Shown in pieces: positions 62,206-64,000 of a DNA stretch of 64,000 nucleotides. The stretch is from Epithemia pelagica (Eukaryota; Protista; Bacillariophyta). Numbering within the stretch: the first letter of the stretch is position 1; each line of letters starts with the position of its first letter. Both the position numbers and the translations under genes were made by a program. Under the pieces are notes generated by a model, which made no database searches, was not told the origin of the DNA, and saw only the letters and a program-made list of their open reading frames with translations. The DNA is taken from contig OX337229.1 of assembly GCA_946965045.2 (NCBI GenBank), positions 6,262,001 through 6,326,000 of the forward strand, written 5' to 3'.

Positions 62206-64000
62206 TCACTGCCACGACCGTTTTCGTGGCCTTTTAGAAGGCCTTGTCACAGCATCATCATCTGCATACCCCATTCGAGAGCGATATTGCCCATTGAGAA
62301 ACATCATGAAACAGATACCGCGGTCGCCTGCTCTGTCTTCACGAGCGATTTTCTCTTCCATATCCTCAAAATAGTCCATACCATCCTCATTCATACATCC
62401 ACTTGAGTTCCAACTGCCTGAATATTTGAAGCGAGGATACCTTGCTGAGGATGTATCAATCATTTGATCAACACCATTTTCATTGTACCACCTTGGATTT
62501 AATTCAAATAGTTTCGCCTTGAAAGTGGTCTTGCCCATGTGAGTCCACACATCCCAGCAATCCACAAGGATGGTCAATATGAACGCCTCGTCACTTGAAG
62601 TGAATAACTTCAAGGCCTTTTCGCAATGTTCCTTTCCCTGCTGCTCAGTGTGGTCACCAAAATTGAAATCAATCACGGTTTTATGCATATTCTCACAATA
62701 GACACATGGACCAAACAATTGCAAGAGATATGAATAGGCATAGTTGTCACACTTCTCTCCTCTCAATAACAGAAATTCTTCCAGGGTAGGCATTGGCCCA
62801 AAGTCTTCACAGTCGTTCAAAAGGCATGGATACCTCCGCTGGAAATTACTGTCACGCCATAGATCAAGACCCACGTGTTCTAGATTCAGCAACAAATTAT
62901 CTCACATCTCTTTATGAGAAGACGACGTGATGAACCAACACATTCACTCTTCGATTGACACTTACTTATGAATGCTTTTCGCATGGAAGCCAGAACATTT
63001 GATCGTTTGCTTCGGAACTTGTCAAGCATATAAGGTGAATGTTCAATCCACCACTCCTCTTGTTGTTTTGCATCCGTAATACCTTTGCCTTTGAAATAGT
63101 GCTCAGTAAAATATGTTTTGCCATACTTCCCCCAAAGACCATTCGGATCTGCCTTAGTATCTTCGGACATGGAGAAATACTTGACATAACGCCATGCCAC
63201 CTTCCGAACAAATGTATCAAAGAACTTCTCCGATACCACCTCAGGCTTTTTCTTCGGCTTTTGCTTCTTATTCTTGTCCTTTTCAACAGAACCTTTGTGT
63301 GTAGTGGATGTTACAATCGTACTTGTCGGGCAAGATGATTGATTATGGTGTACTGTTGTTGTCTGTGTTTCCTGTGCCAACTGATTTTGAATATCGTCTT
63401 GTAGAAGAGTTTCCATTGCCTGATCAGGCCCTGTTGTTAGCAAAGTAGATGACGAAGATGACAACATATCCAAAAGGGAAGAAACGTCGTTAGCAAAGGT
63501 ATCACCTGATGCATTCAACCCACAAACACCCCCGTCATTAGAGCCGTCTCACCGACAAATTGTCCTCCTCCATTTTGTGCATCTAACAACTTACTGACAA
63601 GTCCTCCAGCAGGAAAATGTCTCTCATTAGGATCAAAATCATCTCCATCATACTCACTGGGTCCATTGCTCATATTCTGCAATGCTCGTTGCATTTCAGA
63701 ATATTTACACCGACGTCGTCTTCCTCCATGTTATTAACTTCCGTGTTTGTTGGTTGCGCAAAACCAGATGATGGTTGTGTTCTCAGCCCACCCTGTTCAT
63801 TATTGCTATCATCTGCTGAAGTCACATCAGCTCCATCTCTTTCTGAATTTGTTGCCTGCTCCAAAAGATTACCACTCCCTTCCACAGTTGTGCCTTCTTG
63901 TGCTTGTGCTTGATCGTTGTTCATCGAGATCTGTTCCTCTTCTTCCTCGTCATCAGAACTATCTTCTTGGAGTACTAAACCTCCATTGGTTGCCGCAATA
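62206..64000 (-). pseudogene. Degraded multi-exon gene of unknown function, probably TE-associated; 5' end outside window
   Basis: Consecutive minus-strand ORFs 63924-63670, 63518-62886 and 62895-62206; GTAAGT donor at 62965; SDEAFILTILVDCW motif; frame breaks and an in-frame TGA near the likely acceptor. Confidence 0.5.

Noticed and set aside
1-64000. tRNA, rRNA or structured ncRNA genes
   Set aside because: None recognised by eye; tRNAscan-SE or Infernal would be needed to exclude them.

Overview
Eukaryotic genomic DNA, most consistent with a diatom (inference from a CoDi-like copia element, a bacterial-type class I aldolase and short GT-AG introns). 1-4902: 3' part of an uninterrupted Ty1/copia retrotransposon with its 3' LTR, apparently inserted into a larger element. 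About 4.9-14.9 kb: a four-gene block (divergent/convergent pairs) built around a CACTA/EnSpm(CMC)-like transposase with one nonsense codon. The block also holds a class III PLP-aminotransferase-fold gene with a possible C-terminal winged helix, a BAH-like gene and an unknown spliced gene. 15.6-24.5 kb: host genes, namely a secreted metzincin protease with a Pro/Thr tail, TYW1 fused in frame to a HAT-repeat fragment, a Sep15/SelM-like fragment and a class I fructose-bisphosphate aldolase. 26.3-51.8 kb: a single intron-free ORF of about 8,400-8,500 aa predicted as a single-pass membrane protein. It has a mucin-like ectodomain and a huge acidic tail containing about 33.5 tandem 82-aa repeats that resemble beta-thymosin/WH2 actin-binding motifs, flanked by two copies of an unknown globular domain. 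52-58 kb: a GT23-like fucosyltransferase and a decayed tandem duplicate that also copied part of the giant gene. 59-64 kb: a kelch protein, a truncated PIF/Harbinger transposase and a degraded TE-type gene. The best candidates for undescribed biology are the giant membrane protein (possible actin-to-adhesive linker) and the cargo-carrying CMC-like transposon. All family calls are by-eye motif recognition; no database searches were run.
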